Source of the DNA: a virus | DNA: 64,000 nucleotides | Reading direction: 5' to 3' (one strand) | Virus record (IMG/VR): IMGVR_UViG_3300025133_000037 | Location: 67,662 to 131,661 of that record | In this document: positions 48,343 through 56,862 of the stretch, piece after piece | Layout of the letters: every line of letters begins with the position of its first letter | How positions within the stretch are numbered: the stretch's first letter is position 1 | The notes under the pieces: generated by a model | Databases searched by the model: none | What the model was told of the DNA's origin: nothing | Seen by the model: only the letters and a program-made list of their open reading frames with translations | Position numbers and translations under genes: made by a program

Positions 48343-49566
48343 ATGAACAAAAAATTAAACAACTTATATTTCAGCCTAAACAAACTCGGCACCCCAAATG
48401 CTGCCGATGAAGTTGAGGCGTTAATGAGTGAATTAGCATCTATTAAGACTTCAATAATTTCTAAAGCAAATTTGCAAACAAGTTTATTTGGAGACTCTTC
48501 AAATGCCCCTCAATCTTCGGATGCTGCTGCATGGCAAAAGTTAATAGATGAATACGATACTCCAGCATATAGGGTAGAGGCCTTTCACACAATAGCAGAA
48601 GGAATTGCATCTGCCGTAGTTGTCCCTATTATGAATAAAATAAGAGCTACAAAACAAGACTCTGGAGTTAACCCCACTGTAGATGATAGAAATCAAATGA
48701 TAGCAACTCTAGAGGCTACTGCTAATTATAATATTTGCTCCACGAATGGCCTTTCAAAAATTGCATCTAATTTAAATTACTCAAAAGCATTTGATAATGC
48801 CATTGAAGATAGTATTGATAAAATATTAAATAATCTGCCGAACAAATATGCGGCCCCCGGTGACATTCGTTATATTGAAAGTGAATTATCTCTAATTAAA
48901 TCATCATCTGCCGCTAGTGGTGCCGCCCATGCAGGAGGAATTTTTAGCAGAGCACTTCCAGCTATAGGTTTAGCTATCTCTTTGCCATTGGCTATAAAGA
49001 ATATAGTGGAAGCATGGAAAAATGGCGTAGCTATATTCACTGAACTTCCGCTTAGCGAGTACGGTGTAAGCAAAGCGGCTATAGCTGGTGGCCCAGCGAC
49101 TATACTGTTCTTAGTAAGCCAATTAAAATCCGCAATAGAAGAAAATAAAGAAAATCCAGAGGCTTTATATGATCTGTTAGTTATATGCAAAACAATATCT
49201 GCCTTTTGGTTAGATTTGATTTTTGCAGCTACAAACGGAGTAATGGCCATAATAGATGGAATTACTGTTTTAGCAATGATATTCCCATTAGACGGACCAA
49301 TATTAGATGCAATAACCGGAGTTGTTGGAGCCGTATTAACCTTTGGACTCATTGGCCTAGAGTGGGGTTCCGAATGGCTTTCTCATAAGTTTTGGGAAAG
49401 CATAAAGGGAAGGATAAAAGAGATTGCAGAGCAAAAGCTACAAATAGAAAGCACACCTGTCGAATCTCCAGAACAAATAACTTCGCCCCCGATAGCGGCA
49501 GCAACTCCTGTTGAACAAACCGGAATAGAAACCAGTCTGTTTGGCCCAGCCCTTGCTCTTGTTTAA
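48343..49566 (+). CDS. Helix-tag family protein with hydrophobic C-terminal helices (the only large plus-strand gene)
   Basis: MNKKLNNLYFSLNKLGTPNAADEVEALM; long hydrophobic segments in the C-terminal half; AGGA RBS. Confidence 0.75.
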   Translation: MNKKLNNLYFSLNKLGTPNAADEVEALMSELASIKTSIISKANLQTSLFGDSSNAPQSSDAAAWQKLIDEYDTPAYRVEAFHTIAEGIASAVVVPIMNKIRATKQDSGVNPTVDDRNQMIATLEATANYNICSTNGLSKIASNLNYSKAFDNAIEDSIDKILNNLPNKYAAPGDIRYIESELSLIKSSSAASGAAHAGGIFSRALPAIGLAISLPLAIKNIVEAWKNGVAIFTELPLSEYGVSKAAIAGGPATILFLVSQLKSAIEENKENPEALYDLLVICKTISAFWLDLIFAATNGVMAIIDGITVLAMIFPLDGPILDAITGVVGAVLTFGLIGLEWGSEWLSHKFWESIKGRIKEIAEQKLQIESTPVESPEQITSPPIAAATPVEQTGIETSLFGPALALV

Positions 49567-49736
49567 TAAGATTTCTCAGAAGCTTTAGAAGAATTATTCT
49601 TCCTCCACCATCGGAGCCATTCTAGCTCCCACTCTTCTCTGGAAACCTGCCTCTGTCGGCCTCCTCTTATGGTAAAATAAATATGGGTATCTTCTTCACT
49701 CATTTTATCTCCATTAACATTAATTACTTTTGACAT
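49563..49736 (-). CDS. Small Trp-rich hypothetical protein
   Basis: MSKVINVNGDKMSEEDTHIYFTIRGGRQRQVSREEWELEWLRWWRKNN...; alternative start at 49703 with GGAG. Confidence 0.55.
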   Translation of the reverse strand: MSKVINVNGDKMSEEDTHIYFTIRGGRQRQVSREEWELEWLRWWRKNNSSKASEKSY

Positions 49737-49780
49737 ACTTCCCTCTTATTAATAAGAACAAACTGCTTCATACGTTGAAA

Positions 49781-49805
49781 TAGTCGGTGCAAAAATAGAG
49801 ATAGA
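49781..49805 (-). promoter_or_regulatory. 25-bp repeated promoter-like motif
   Basis: TAGTCGGTGCAAAAATAGAGATAGA. Confidence 0.75.
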
Positions 49806-49819
49806 AATTAAAAACAATC

Positions 49820-50038
49820 TCTACACTCCTGATAAGCATTGCTTACAATACTCGCTCATAGCGGCGATCCCAGCCTGACTGACATTCAAACAATAGCCGC
49901 TCCCTATCATTGGAATATATATTCGTTCCCTAATACCATTAGGGCAGAAGTTTTTTTATCGTCATACCTCTGCCTTCTCGTCCTGCTTCTTGTTGTATCC
50001 GTATACATAAAACAAGCCTACCATAAGAATGGTATTTT
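49820..50038 (-). ncRNA. Candidate structured non-coding RNA (family unknown)
   Basis: About seven consecutive stems in a gap with no convincing gene. Confidence 0.4.
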
Positions 50039-50491
50039 TCAAGTTTTTAAATCAATTACCTTATATATTCTTCCGAATCTCACAAACTTCTTTCCATCCC
50101 TAATCAGGAGTGCGAGGTCCATAAGGAACGCTCCCTCATCCTCTCTATAAGAGGAGTTTTCAGATTTCCTATGGCGCTCTAAAGCACCTATATCTTTTGT
50201 CCATTTATTTAAAAAATCAGATGGAGAAAGACCTGTTAAAGCTTCAAAGTATAACTTATAGTCTCCAAGAGAAGTTGCGGTGTTACCTTCGGAAGCCGAC
50301 CACTCCCGGTCTTTGCCAGATACCTTTTTGGACTTAGATGAAGAAGATAAAATAACTAATTCATTCAAATCAATTGTCTCTGCCAACCTCCAACCGAACA
50401 TTACGGTTTCCTTATCTGCTTGATGCTGCTTATAAGCGTAAAGCTTGCTGACCTTATACTTCTTTACGAAGTCAGATAGATTCATCTTCAC
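50039..50491 (-). CDS. Hypothetical protein
   Basis: ORF overlapping the glnII 3' end. Confidence 0.6.
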   Translation of the reverse strand: MKMNLSDFVKKYKVSKLYAYKQHQADKETVMFGWRLAETIDLNELVILSSSSKSKKVSGKDREWSASEGNTATSLGDYKLYFEALTGLSPSDFLNKWTKDIGALERHRKSENSSYREDEGAFLMDLALLIRDGKKFVRFGRIYKVIDLKT

Positions 50492-51539
50492 TCTCCCCGT
50501 CCAAAGGAGATACTATGCTAATCAGTGTAGCAGCCACTCTGTATGGGTCGGCATTACTATTGGGCCTTCTATCCTCTAAGTATCCCCCACCCTGTCTCTC
50601 TACATGCCAAGGGATTCTAACGGAAGCACCTCTGTCAGAAACTCCGTACCTAAACTCCGTAATGCCGCATGTTTCATGCTCTCCGGTAAGCCGCCTATCA
50701 AGACCTTCTCCATAATTATTTAAGGCAACCGCTAAAGCATCCTTTTCAGACAATGCTTCGCAAGCGGCAGTAATCATTTTCATTCCACCATCTGCCCTCA
50801 TACCTTTTGTGCTAAAGTTAGAATGTAGCCCGCTACCATTCCAGTCCAAGTACGGCTTAGGGTCAAAACTAACACTAATATCTGCCGACTCTGCTACCCT
50901 TTGCAAGATATATCGAGAAACCCATAAGTGGTCACAGGCTGCAACGGCATTTACGCCGGGTCCACCAACCTGATACTCCCACTGTCCCAAGGCGACCTCT
51001 GCATTAACACCAACCATTGAAATGCCAGAGTTAATACATGAATTCAAATGAAGCTCTGATATGTTTCTTCCCGCAACATTGTCTGATCCAACTCCGCAAT
51101 AATATGGACCCTGCGGTGCGGGGTCAGAAGCCGAATCCCAGCCCAAAGGTCTACCTTCAGAATAAAGAAAATACTCTTGCTCAAAACCAATGATTGGCTC
51201 AGACTTATGATGCTGAATCATCTGATCTATAAGCTTAGCCCTAGTATTGCTCCTATGAGGCGTTAAGTCCGTATTCAATACATCGCAGAGTACCAAAACT
51301 CCGCTAACCCTATTGGCGTCTAAACAAGCAAAGACCGGACGCAATACACAATCAGATGATTCTGTAGCCGCCTGATTTGTGCTTGAGCCATCAAAACTCC
51401 AAACTGGTATGTCTTTCAGATTTAATGTCCACTCTTCTTCTTCCGAATTAATCGTAAGAACTCTTGTTTTAGACCTAAGCTGCGGAGTAACTCCACCGTC
51501 TAGCCAAATATATTCACATCTAAGTGTTGCCGTTGCCAT
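50472..51539 (-). CDS. glnII: Glutamine synthetase, type II
   Basis: EYIWLDG..LRSKTR, WSFDGSST, QGPYYCGVG, NAEVALGQWEYQVG, WNGSGLHSNFST, RRLTGEHET, GYLEDRRPNSNADPY. Confidence 0.93.
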   Translation of the reverse strand: MATATLRCEYIWLDGGVTPQLRSKTRVLTINSEEEEWTLNLKDIPVWSFDGSSTNQAATESSDCVLRPVFACLDANRVSGVLVLCDVLNTDLTPHRSNTRAKLIDQMIQHHKSEPIIGFEQEYFLYSEGRPLGWDSASDPAPQGPYYCGVGSDNVAGRNISELHLNSCINSGISMVGVNAEVALGQWEYQVGGPGVNAVAACDHLWVSRYILQRVAESADISVSFDPKPYLDWNGSGLHSNFSTKGMRADGGMKMITAACEALSEKDALAVALNNYGEGLDRRLTGEHETCGITEFRYGVSDRGASVRIPWHVERQGGGYLEDRRPNSNADPYRVAATLISIVSPLDGESEDESI

Positions 51540-51572
51540 AAAAAACTCCTTTTATCTATAGTATTTTACCAT

Positions 51573-52442
51573 TTATCTTAAAGTATTGAATGTATTAAAA
51601 TACTTTTTTAAATATTTTTCTCCAAGCATACTCTTGAAATCCATTCTCTCAAATTCTTGAGTTATATTTTCAACATCAAGATCAGCTTGAGTGTAAATAA
51701 TATCATTCTGATCTTCCGTTAAATCCAAAAATTTAATCAAATCATAACTCATTTCATAACTATGCTTAAAAGCTTCATCTTCAAGCCTTTTTTCTAATTC
51801 ACCCTCTTTTGTTAGAATCTTAATTGCCGTCTTTTTTCCAATGCCCCGTACTCCAGGTATATTATCCGACTTATCACCCACCATAGCCTTCCACGAAATA
51901 TAATCATAATCCGTATTTTGTCTATACGATTTTGCTATTGGGTTATAAAGTCTTACATTATCCGGATAGGTATTTAACAATTGAATAAAGTCTGTATCAG
52001 ACGAGGCCACAATTATATTATCGGCGGGATGATACTTGCTTATCAAGTGTGGCACAAGGTCATCGCACTCATGCTGTGGATGATAAGCGGTTCGTATTGG
52101 ATAGTCCCTCTGAAGGGCGTCGATGATAATTCTCTTTTGCCTGTGAAAAGAATCCCAATAAGCCAGCTCCTCTGGATCGTCTGTAACAATCTTTCTATTA
52201 GCCTTATAAGCCGCAAAGCTTTCAATGCGCTTTGCAGGCTTACCGTCCAATGGAAAGTATACAACATCTGGGCTGAATTCATCCAACAAAGAGCGCAATG
52301 TTCGGAAGAAATTAAATACTATCTGATACTCACCAGTGGCAACGCCGCCTCCCCATTGAAAGCGGCACCTGTGAATCATATTATACCCGTCAATAATAAG
52401 AACATTTTGGCGAGAATTATCTTCGTAATGTGTTAATGTCAA
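51573..52442 (-). CDS. 5'-3' exonuclease / flap endonuclease (PolI N-terminal or T4 RNase H-like)
   Basis: IIDGYNMIHR, YKANR, ECDDL, SSDTDFIQL, GDKSDNIPGVRGIGKKTA. Probable TTG start at 52442. Confidence 0.9.
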   Translation of the reverse strand: MTLTHYEDNSRQNVLIIDGYNMIHRCRFQWGGGVATGEYQIVFNFFRTLRSLLDEFSPDVVYFPLDGKPAKRIESFAAYKANRKIVTDDPEELAYWDSFHRQKRIIIDALQRDYPIRTAYHPQHECDDLVPHLISKYHPADNIIVASSDTDFIQLLNTYPDNVRLYNPIAKSYRQNTDYDYISWKAMVGDKSDNIPGVRGIGKKTAIKILTKEGELEKRLEDEAFKHSYEMSYDLIKFLDLTEDQNDIIYTQADLDVENITQEFERMDFKSMLGEKYLKKYFNTFNTLR

Positions 52443-53097
52443 CTGACTTCTCCGTAGCTTCTTTCTTTGTTTTGGCTGGGCCATGTACTTCAAACATAAC
52501 TACCATATCCTTAGTCTTATCCGTAACCTTACATAGCGTACAAGTGTTGCATGTTATATCTTTTTTACCTGGAACATCATGACGCGCTGGACATAATACT
52601 CCTTTTTGACCATGAATATCTATAGATTTGGGAATATTATCTCCATGAACAGCAAGAGTAGTTGCCCACCCCATAGACTTTGCCTTTACGATTTCCTCTA
52701 CAGTATTGCACGATGCTCTAAACCACTTCTTCAATGGTTGAGTCACTTCTGTCTGCCAATCATGGGTATAGCCGATGTTTATCAACCCTTCCTGCTCAAC
52801 TGTTCTGCACTCTTCTAAAGTTCCGTCCACATCACCAACAACATCGCCTGCAACCCTGTGTCGAACAACCTTACAATCCTTATGTCTTGCAGACAAAGCT
52901 GTCTTTAAAGACTTAGCTTTGATCGTTCCATTTTCAATTTTTTTACCCAAGATTCTCAAATAAAAGAGTCCCCAAGCATAGCATCCTCCGTCCTTAAAAA
53001 CACAAGAATCAGGACAAGTCTCTAGGGGAGAATAAGATGCAACAATTTTCCCTATCTTAGAATCAGAAGATTTAGATACCCAATGTACTAAACGCAT
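52417..53097 (-). CDS. Cys-rich phage protein (Gp88/DUF7227-like)
   Basis: TCPDSC..GGCYA, RHRVAGD, GYTHDW, CPA..TCNTCTLC, FEVHG. Confidence 0.6.
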   Translation of the reverse strand: MRLVHWVSKSSDSKIGKIVASYSPLETCPDSCVFKDGGCYAWGLFYLRILGKKIENGTIKAKSLKTALSARHKDCKVVRHRVAGDVVGDVDGTLEECRTVEQEGLINIGYTHDWQTEVTQPLKKWFRASCNTVEEIVKAKSMGWATTLAVHGDNIPKSIDIHGQKGVLCPARHDVPGKKDITCNTCTLCKVTDKTKDMVVMFEVHGPAKTKKEATEKSVDINTLRR

Positions 53098-53184
53098 AGT
53101 TAATATACCTTTGTTGCTCTCGATAAGAAAATATACCGAGAAGTTTAGAATTTCCAAATATTTTTTGGATTTTTTTTAAAAAAT

Positions 53185-53217
53185 AAAAAAGGCCGCAAGG
53201 ATGCCCCCTGCGGCCTT
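53185..53217 (-). terminator. Rho-independent terminator
   Basis: AAGGCCGCA..TGCGGCCTT stem followed by U-tract on the minus strand. Confidence 0.8.
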
Positions 53218-53239
53218 AGTTATAAGGTTGACTAAGCCC

Positions 53240-53434
53240 TTAGCCAAGATGCTGATTAAGGAAGCTACGGAGCGCCTGTGCGTCCCGTATGGTCATGCTA
53301 ACACTCTGGTCTGCAATCCGCCAATCTTCTGACGGCACTGTGATTTGTAGGCGGTTGCTACCAGCCTGCTTCTTAGGATCTCCATTACGAAGATTCATTT
53401 TTACTGCCTTAGTTTTGCGAGTTCGATTTACCAT
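53240..53434 (-). CDS. Small basic hypothetical protein
   Basis: AAGGAG RBS before MVNRTRKTK; followed by a terminator. Confidence 0.65.
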   Translation of the reverse strand: MVNRTRKTKAVKMNLRNGDPKKQAGSNRLQITVPSEDWRIADQSVSMTIRDAQALRSFLNQHLG

Positions 53435-53435
53435 T

Positions 53436-53600
53436 CTAGTTCTCCTTTTCAAAAATCATAACACGGTTTAAAGTTTTCGTTGAACGACTCTTGCGAGCCT
53501 GTTTCTGCGATGCAGAGAGAGTAGTATCCCCGGATACCTCCTCTGTCTCTACGTTACTATCTATAGCTTCATCTACACTATCATCTGGGCTATTTGCCAT
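53436..53600 (-). CDS. Small hypothetical protein
   Basis: AAGGAG RBS before MANSPDD. Confidence 0.45.
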   Translation of the reverse strand: MANSPDDSVDEAIDSNVETEEVSGDTTLSASQKQARKSRSTKTLNRVMIFEKEN

Positions 53601-53620
53601 ATGTTCTCCTTTCTCTGTTG

Positions 53621-53887
53621 TTAATTCTCTTCGGAAAGAAGAGAGGGGTCCAATCCCCACCTTTCTGGTGGGAAGGGGGAATAAGCTGATAATCCGCTTT
53701 GTCTAAAGAAAACAGGATTATCCATATCAAGAATTTCATTGTTTGACAAAGAGTTTTTTGAAAGCTCAACAGAGCTTGCGAGCAAATTTGCAGAAAGAAA
53801 AATGCCATCTTCGGCAGATATATCAAACTCTTCAAATACTTCTAACAAAGATTGAAATACCAATTTTAACTTGGTTTCTTGATTCAT
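53621..53887 (-). CDS. Hypothetical protein
   Basis: GAGG RBS, coupled to the upstream ORF. Confidence 0.5.
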   Translation of the reverse strand: MNQETKLKLVFQSLLEVFEEFDISAEDGIFLSANLLASSVELSKNSLSNNEILDMDNPVFFRQSGLSAYSPFPPERWGLDPSLLSEEN

Positions 53888-54207
53888 TATTTTTCCTCAA
53901 GCCAGTCGCGCTTATAGTCCGCTAGGGATACAATCTTGTTGATTGTGGTTTGATTCTTTTCAGAAGCTGCTGTCTTATAAGAAATGACATTTGTATCCAA
54001 ATCAACAGAGGTGACAACACCTCGGATTGTTTCGCCATGCTTAGTCAATTTGATTCTAATAGAATCTCCATTTCTAAAATCCTTGATGTAAAAACATCGG
54101 TATTCATCGAAGGGGTATCCTTTTAATTTTTCCATTTTTTCTAACCTAATGTTATCAGACATAATTTCCTTTAATAAAATTAATTCTGTAGTTGAATTTC
54201 TTTCCAA
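53887..54207 (-). CDS. Hypothetical protein (SH3/Sm-like beta barrel?)
   Basis: GDSIRIKL..GETIRGVVTSVD. Confidence 0.55.
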   Translation of the reverse strand: MERNSTTELILLKEIMSDNIRLEKMEKLKGYPFDEYRCFYIKDFRNGDSIRIKLTKHGETIRGVVTSVDLDTNVISYKTAASEKNQTTINKIVSLADYKRDWLEEK

Positions 54208-54389
54208 TTCCCATTTTTCTTTAAGAAAACATCGTGATTTCCAGGTATAATGGCAATTATATTTAGCTTAAGATTTGACGTAATATAATCCCAAGCATCT
54301 TGCTTTCCGTGTGGAGCATTTACTGTCTCAAAAAGCAGGTTATTATCTTCGCCCATATACAATGCAGTCCATGTCATTTCAACATCCAT
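54180..54389 (-). CDS. Hypothetical protein
   Basis: Short ORF directly after the tRNA. Confidence 0.5.
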   Translation of the reverse strand: MDVEMTWTALYMGEDNNLLFETVNAPHGKQDAWDYITSNLKLNIIAIIPGNHDVFLKKNGNWKEIQLQN

Positions 54390-54411
54390 AAGTTATATCA
54401 TTCAAAGTAAA

Positions 54412-54497
54412 TGGTAGGGACGATGGGACTCGAACCCACAAGGTCTTTGACCGACAGATTTTAAGTCTGTTGCGTATACCAATTCCGCCACATCCCC
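54412..54497 (-). tRNA. tRNA-Leu (anticodon TAA), CCA encoded
   Basis: GGGGATG-TGGCGGAATTGGTATACGC-ACAGA CTTAAAA TCTGT-long variable arm-GTGGGTTCGAGTCCCAT-CGTCCCT-ACCA. Confidence 0.95.
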
Positions 54498-54511
54498 ATG
54501 ATAATCATAGA

Positions 54512-55201
54512 TCAAATAATGTCCACATTTTTATTATACTCTTGTAATACTTTTTTCTTAACAACTTTATGAAGCCCAGGATTTACAGTTAGGGCATCAG
54601 GCATTAGGCTGTGCCTAATGAAATTTCGCATGTAAGAGGTGTCAAAATTGCTTTGGTCAAGTACAAATGGCACTTTTTTTCTTTCGGACCATTCAGCAAG
54701 GTCTGATTTTCTTGTAAGCAGAAATGGTCTTATGAAGTTATCTCGCTTATAAGGGATTAGCATAGGGTTGCCATGCAGCGCGGTAAAGATCCATGTTTCA
54801 ACCGCATCATCTAAGTGATGGCATGTAATGATAGGGGCATTGTTAAATTCTGCCAATTCATTTTCTTTCTTTAATTGTAAGGCGGCATAGTTATATGACC
54901 CTTGGTAAAGCCAGTTTTTAAAAAAACCATAACGCTCTTCTCTCCAATATGCTTCCTTCGACTCTCCCGGCTCCATAGCTCTCTGGAGATCTCCGATTAC
55001 CAGCGGAATACCCCTGTCTCCACAGTAATGTTTCACAAAAGTTTCAGCATCATTGCCATGATCAGTTCCGTGATTAAAGTACAAAACAACCGCTTCACGC
55101 CTAGCGTTATTATTTAGAAAGTCCAAAGCGGCCATACTGTCCTGTCCTCCAGAAACAGCCATTACAATTTTACTCGGAACAGTACCAAGTAACTTGATCA
55201 T
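54512..55201 (-). CDS. tilS: tRNA(Ile)-lysidine synthetase (catalytic PP-loop domain only)
   Basis: AVSGGQDSM, FNHG, REERYGFF, TCHHLDDAVET, IRPFL, DQSN..YMRNFIRH. Confidence 0.88.
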   Translation of the reverse strand: MIKLLGTVPSKIVMAVSGGQDSMAALDFLNNNARREAVVLYFNHGTDHGNDAETFVKHYCGDRGIPLVIGDLQRAMEPGESKEAYWREERYGFFKNWLYQGSYNYAALQLKKENELAEFNNAPIITCHHLDDAVETWIFTALHGNPMLIPYKRDNFIRPFLLTRKSDLAEWSERKKVPFVLDQSNFDTSYMRNFIRHSLMPDALTVNPGLHKVVKKKVLQEYNKNVDII

Positions 55202-55232
55202 CTAATTCTCCGATTAGTTATCTAAGTGATAA

Positions 55233-55257
55233 TAGTCGGTGCAGAAACAAAGGTAGA
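55233..55257 (-). promoter_or_regulatory. 25-bp repeated promoter-like motif
   Basis: TAGTCGGTGCAGAAACAAAGGTAGA, upstream of tilS. Confidence 0.75.
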
Positions 55258-55266
55258 AAAAATAAT

Positions 55267-55551
55267 TTAGTGCATGGTATCATCGAACCCAGATCCTCCA
55301 GGCCCGACTATAATGGCGGATAATATCCGCTCCACATTCTCTATCCTTACCGAATTGGCCTTGATTTCAGAAGCTAGAGTTAAGTGTTGTCGATTTAAAA
55401 ATACATATCGATCTTTATTTAGCTCTATATTCTTGTCTAATAAATCTCTTTTTAATTTAGATACAATATAAAACATTATGCTCAAATTCGCGACTGAGGT
55501 TATAAATGATATGAATATAAATGACCAAAACAAAAAGTCTGACCCGTCCAT
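55267..55551 (-). CDS. Membrane-anchored hypothetical protein
   Basis: N-terminal transmembrane helix. Confidence 0.6.
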   Translation of the reverse strand: MDGSDFLFWSFIFISFITSVANLSIMFYIVSKLKRDLLDKNIELNKDRYVFLNRQHLTLASEIKANSVRIENVERILSAIIVGPGGSGFDDTMH

Positions 55552-55552
55552 G

Positions 55553-55876
55553 CTACTCTACAACCTCGCTGATAGAATCTCTAATATGTTCTAGCTCTTC
55601 TTCGGCCAGCAAAGATATTAAGGTTTCTGCAATATTATACACAAAGTCTTCATTGTGCATATTGTCTTGAATCAAAAGACTAAGCTCTTCAATCGGGATA
55701 GCAGCAACGGCCTCATCCTCTTCTCCGGAGGCAAAGATGGACTCTGATGCGTCAGTGGCACCATTACTGTATAGTCTTTCTATCATATCTTTTATCTCCA
55801 AAGCCTCGCTGGTCAAGTCCAGCCTCGAAAGTTCTTCTGATAATTTTATTAAGCTCTCTAGCAATTTAAGCTCCAA
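55553..55876 (-). CDS. Small acidic helix-tag family protein
   Basis: LLESLIKLSEELSRLDLTSEALEIKDMI. Confidence 0.6.
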   Translation of the reverse strand: MELKLLESLIKLSEELSRLDLTSEALEIKDMIERLYSNGATDASESIFASGEEDEAVAAIPIEELSLLIQDNMHNEDFVYNIAETLISLLAEEELEHIRDSISEVVE

Positions 55877-55968
55877 TTCTACTATTAAATTACATCAATC
55901 TACAAGATGTTCTAGCTTTATATAAAAGAATAAATAGTATCATATTTCTGTGTAAATCGGAGAGCTAA

Positions 55969-56214
55969 GTGAAGAAAAAGCATATTTTATATTCTATCCC
56001 CATAATCATGTTACTCACATTAGGAGTGGGGATCAACAGCCCTACTCCTAATAGCAATGAGCCTATGAATCTTATGGATATTAATATTGATGAAATCAGC
56101 CCTAAGCATCGTAATGGAATTACGATATCTCCATATATTACCTCGGAAGATATACAGACTAACGAGAATATAGTGCAACCAATATTTAGAGTTACAATAA
56201 AATACGTAGACTAA
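55969..56214 (+). CDS. Small secreted/membrane hypothetical protein
   Basis: GGAG RBS, GTG start, signal-like N-terminus. Confidence 0.55.
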   Translation: MKKKHILYSIPIIMLLTLGVGINSPTPNSNEPMNLMDINIDEISPKHRNGITISPYITSEDIQTNENIVQPIFRVTIKYVD

Positions 56215-56534
56215 TTTTCAATAAGAGCTACACTTCTTTCAAAAGATGAATATGCGTCACAGTGTAAGCTGTCTACAAAATCAATATATAAGTCAGAGGT
56301 AGGAAACACTATGGTTGACACTATCGCTCCACCTATAGGCTTTCCTACGCATAAAGTTAAGACAGGGAACGGGGCAACTTCATAATCATTTTTGCCTATG
56401 ACCGAAATAAACCCCTGCATTTCTTCAACAGACACTCCGAATGGTATCGTCAATAATATACGACCCCCCAGAGCCTCTTGTTCTTCCCATACAGTTTGCG
56501 GAGTATCTTCATTTAATTTAGATGCAAAAGTCAT
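56211..56534 (-). CDS. Hypothetical protein
   Basis: GGAGG RBS. Confidence 0.6.
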   Translation of the reverse strand: MTFASKLNEDTPQTVWEEQEALGGRILLTIPFGVSVEEMQGFISVIGKNDYEVAPFPVLTLCVGKPIGGAIVSTIVFPTSDLYIDFVDSLHCDAYSSFERSVALIEN

Positions 56535-56819
56535 TTATCCTCCAACTTTTATTTTATCTATCAAATAGAGTACGGAATATTCATTAGCTTCCTTAAGCTC
56601 TATAAGATTCCAATTTGCAATATCATCAACTATACCTTCATAAGAAGCATAGCGAGTAGAGCCTCGATTCTTTAATCCTATATTTATAGCCCGAATAGCG
56701 TCACACTTTCTAGGCCAAGTCTTACCTATCTTTGTCCACTTGTTTTTAGAAACAGAGGATAGATATAATTTGGTTATAGAGTGCCTGATCTTATAACCTA
56801 AAATCTTTTCTTTTGACAT
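56535..56819 (-). CDS. Hypothetical phage protein
   Basis: YKIRH..TKLY..KWTKIGKTW pattern. Confidence 0.65.
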   Translation of the reverse strand: MSKEKILGYKIRHSITKLYLSSVSKNKWTKIGKTWPRKCDAIRAINIGLKNRGSTRYASYEGIVDDIANWNLIELKEANEYSVLYLIDKIKVGG

Positions 56820-56862
56820 AAAAATCTCTCTAGAGAGATTCTACTTTATAAGAAAAGTATAT

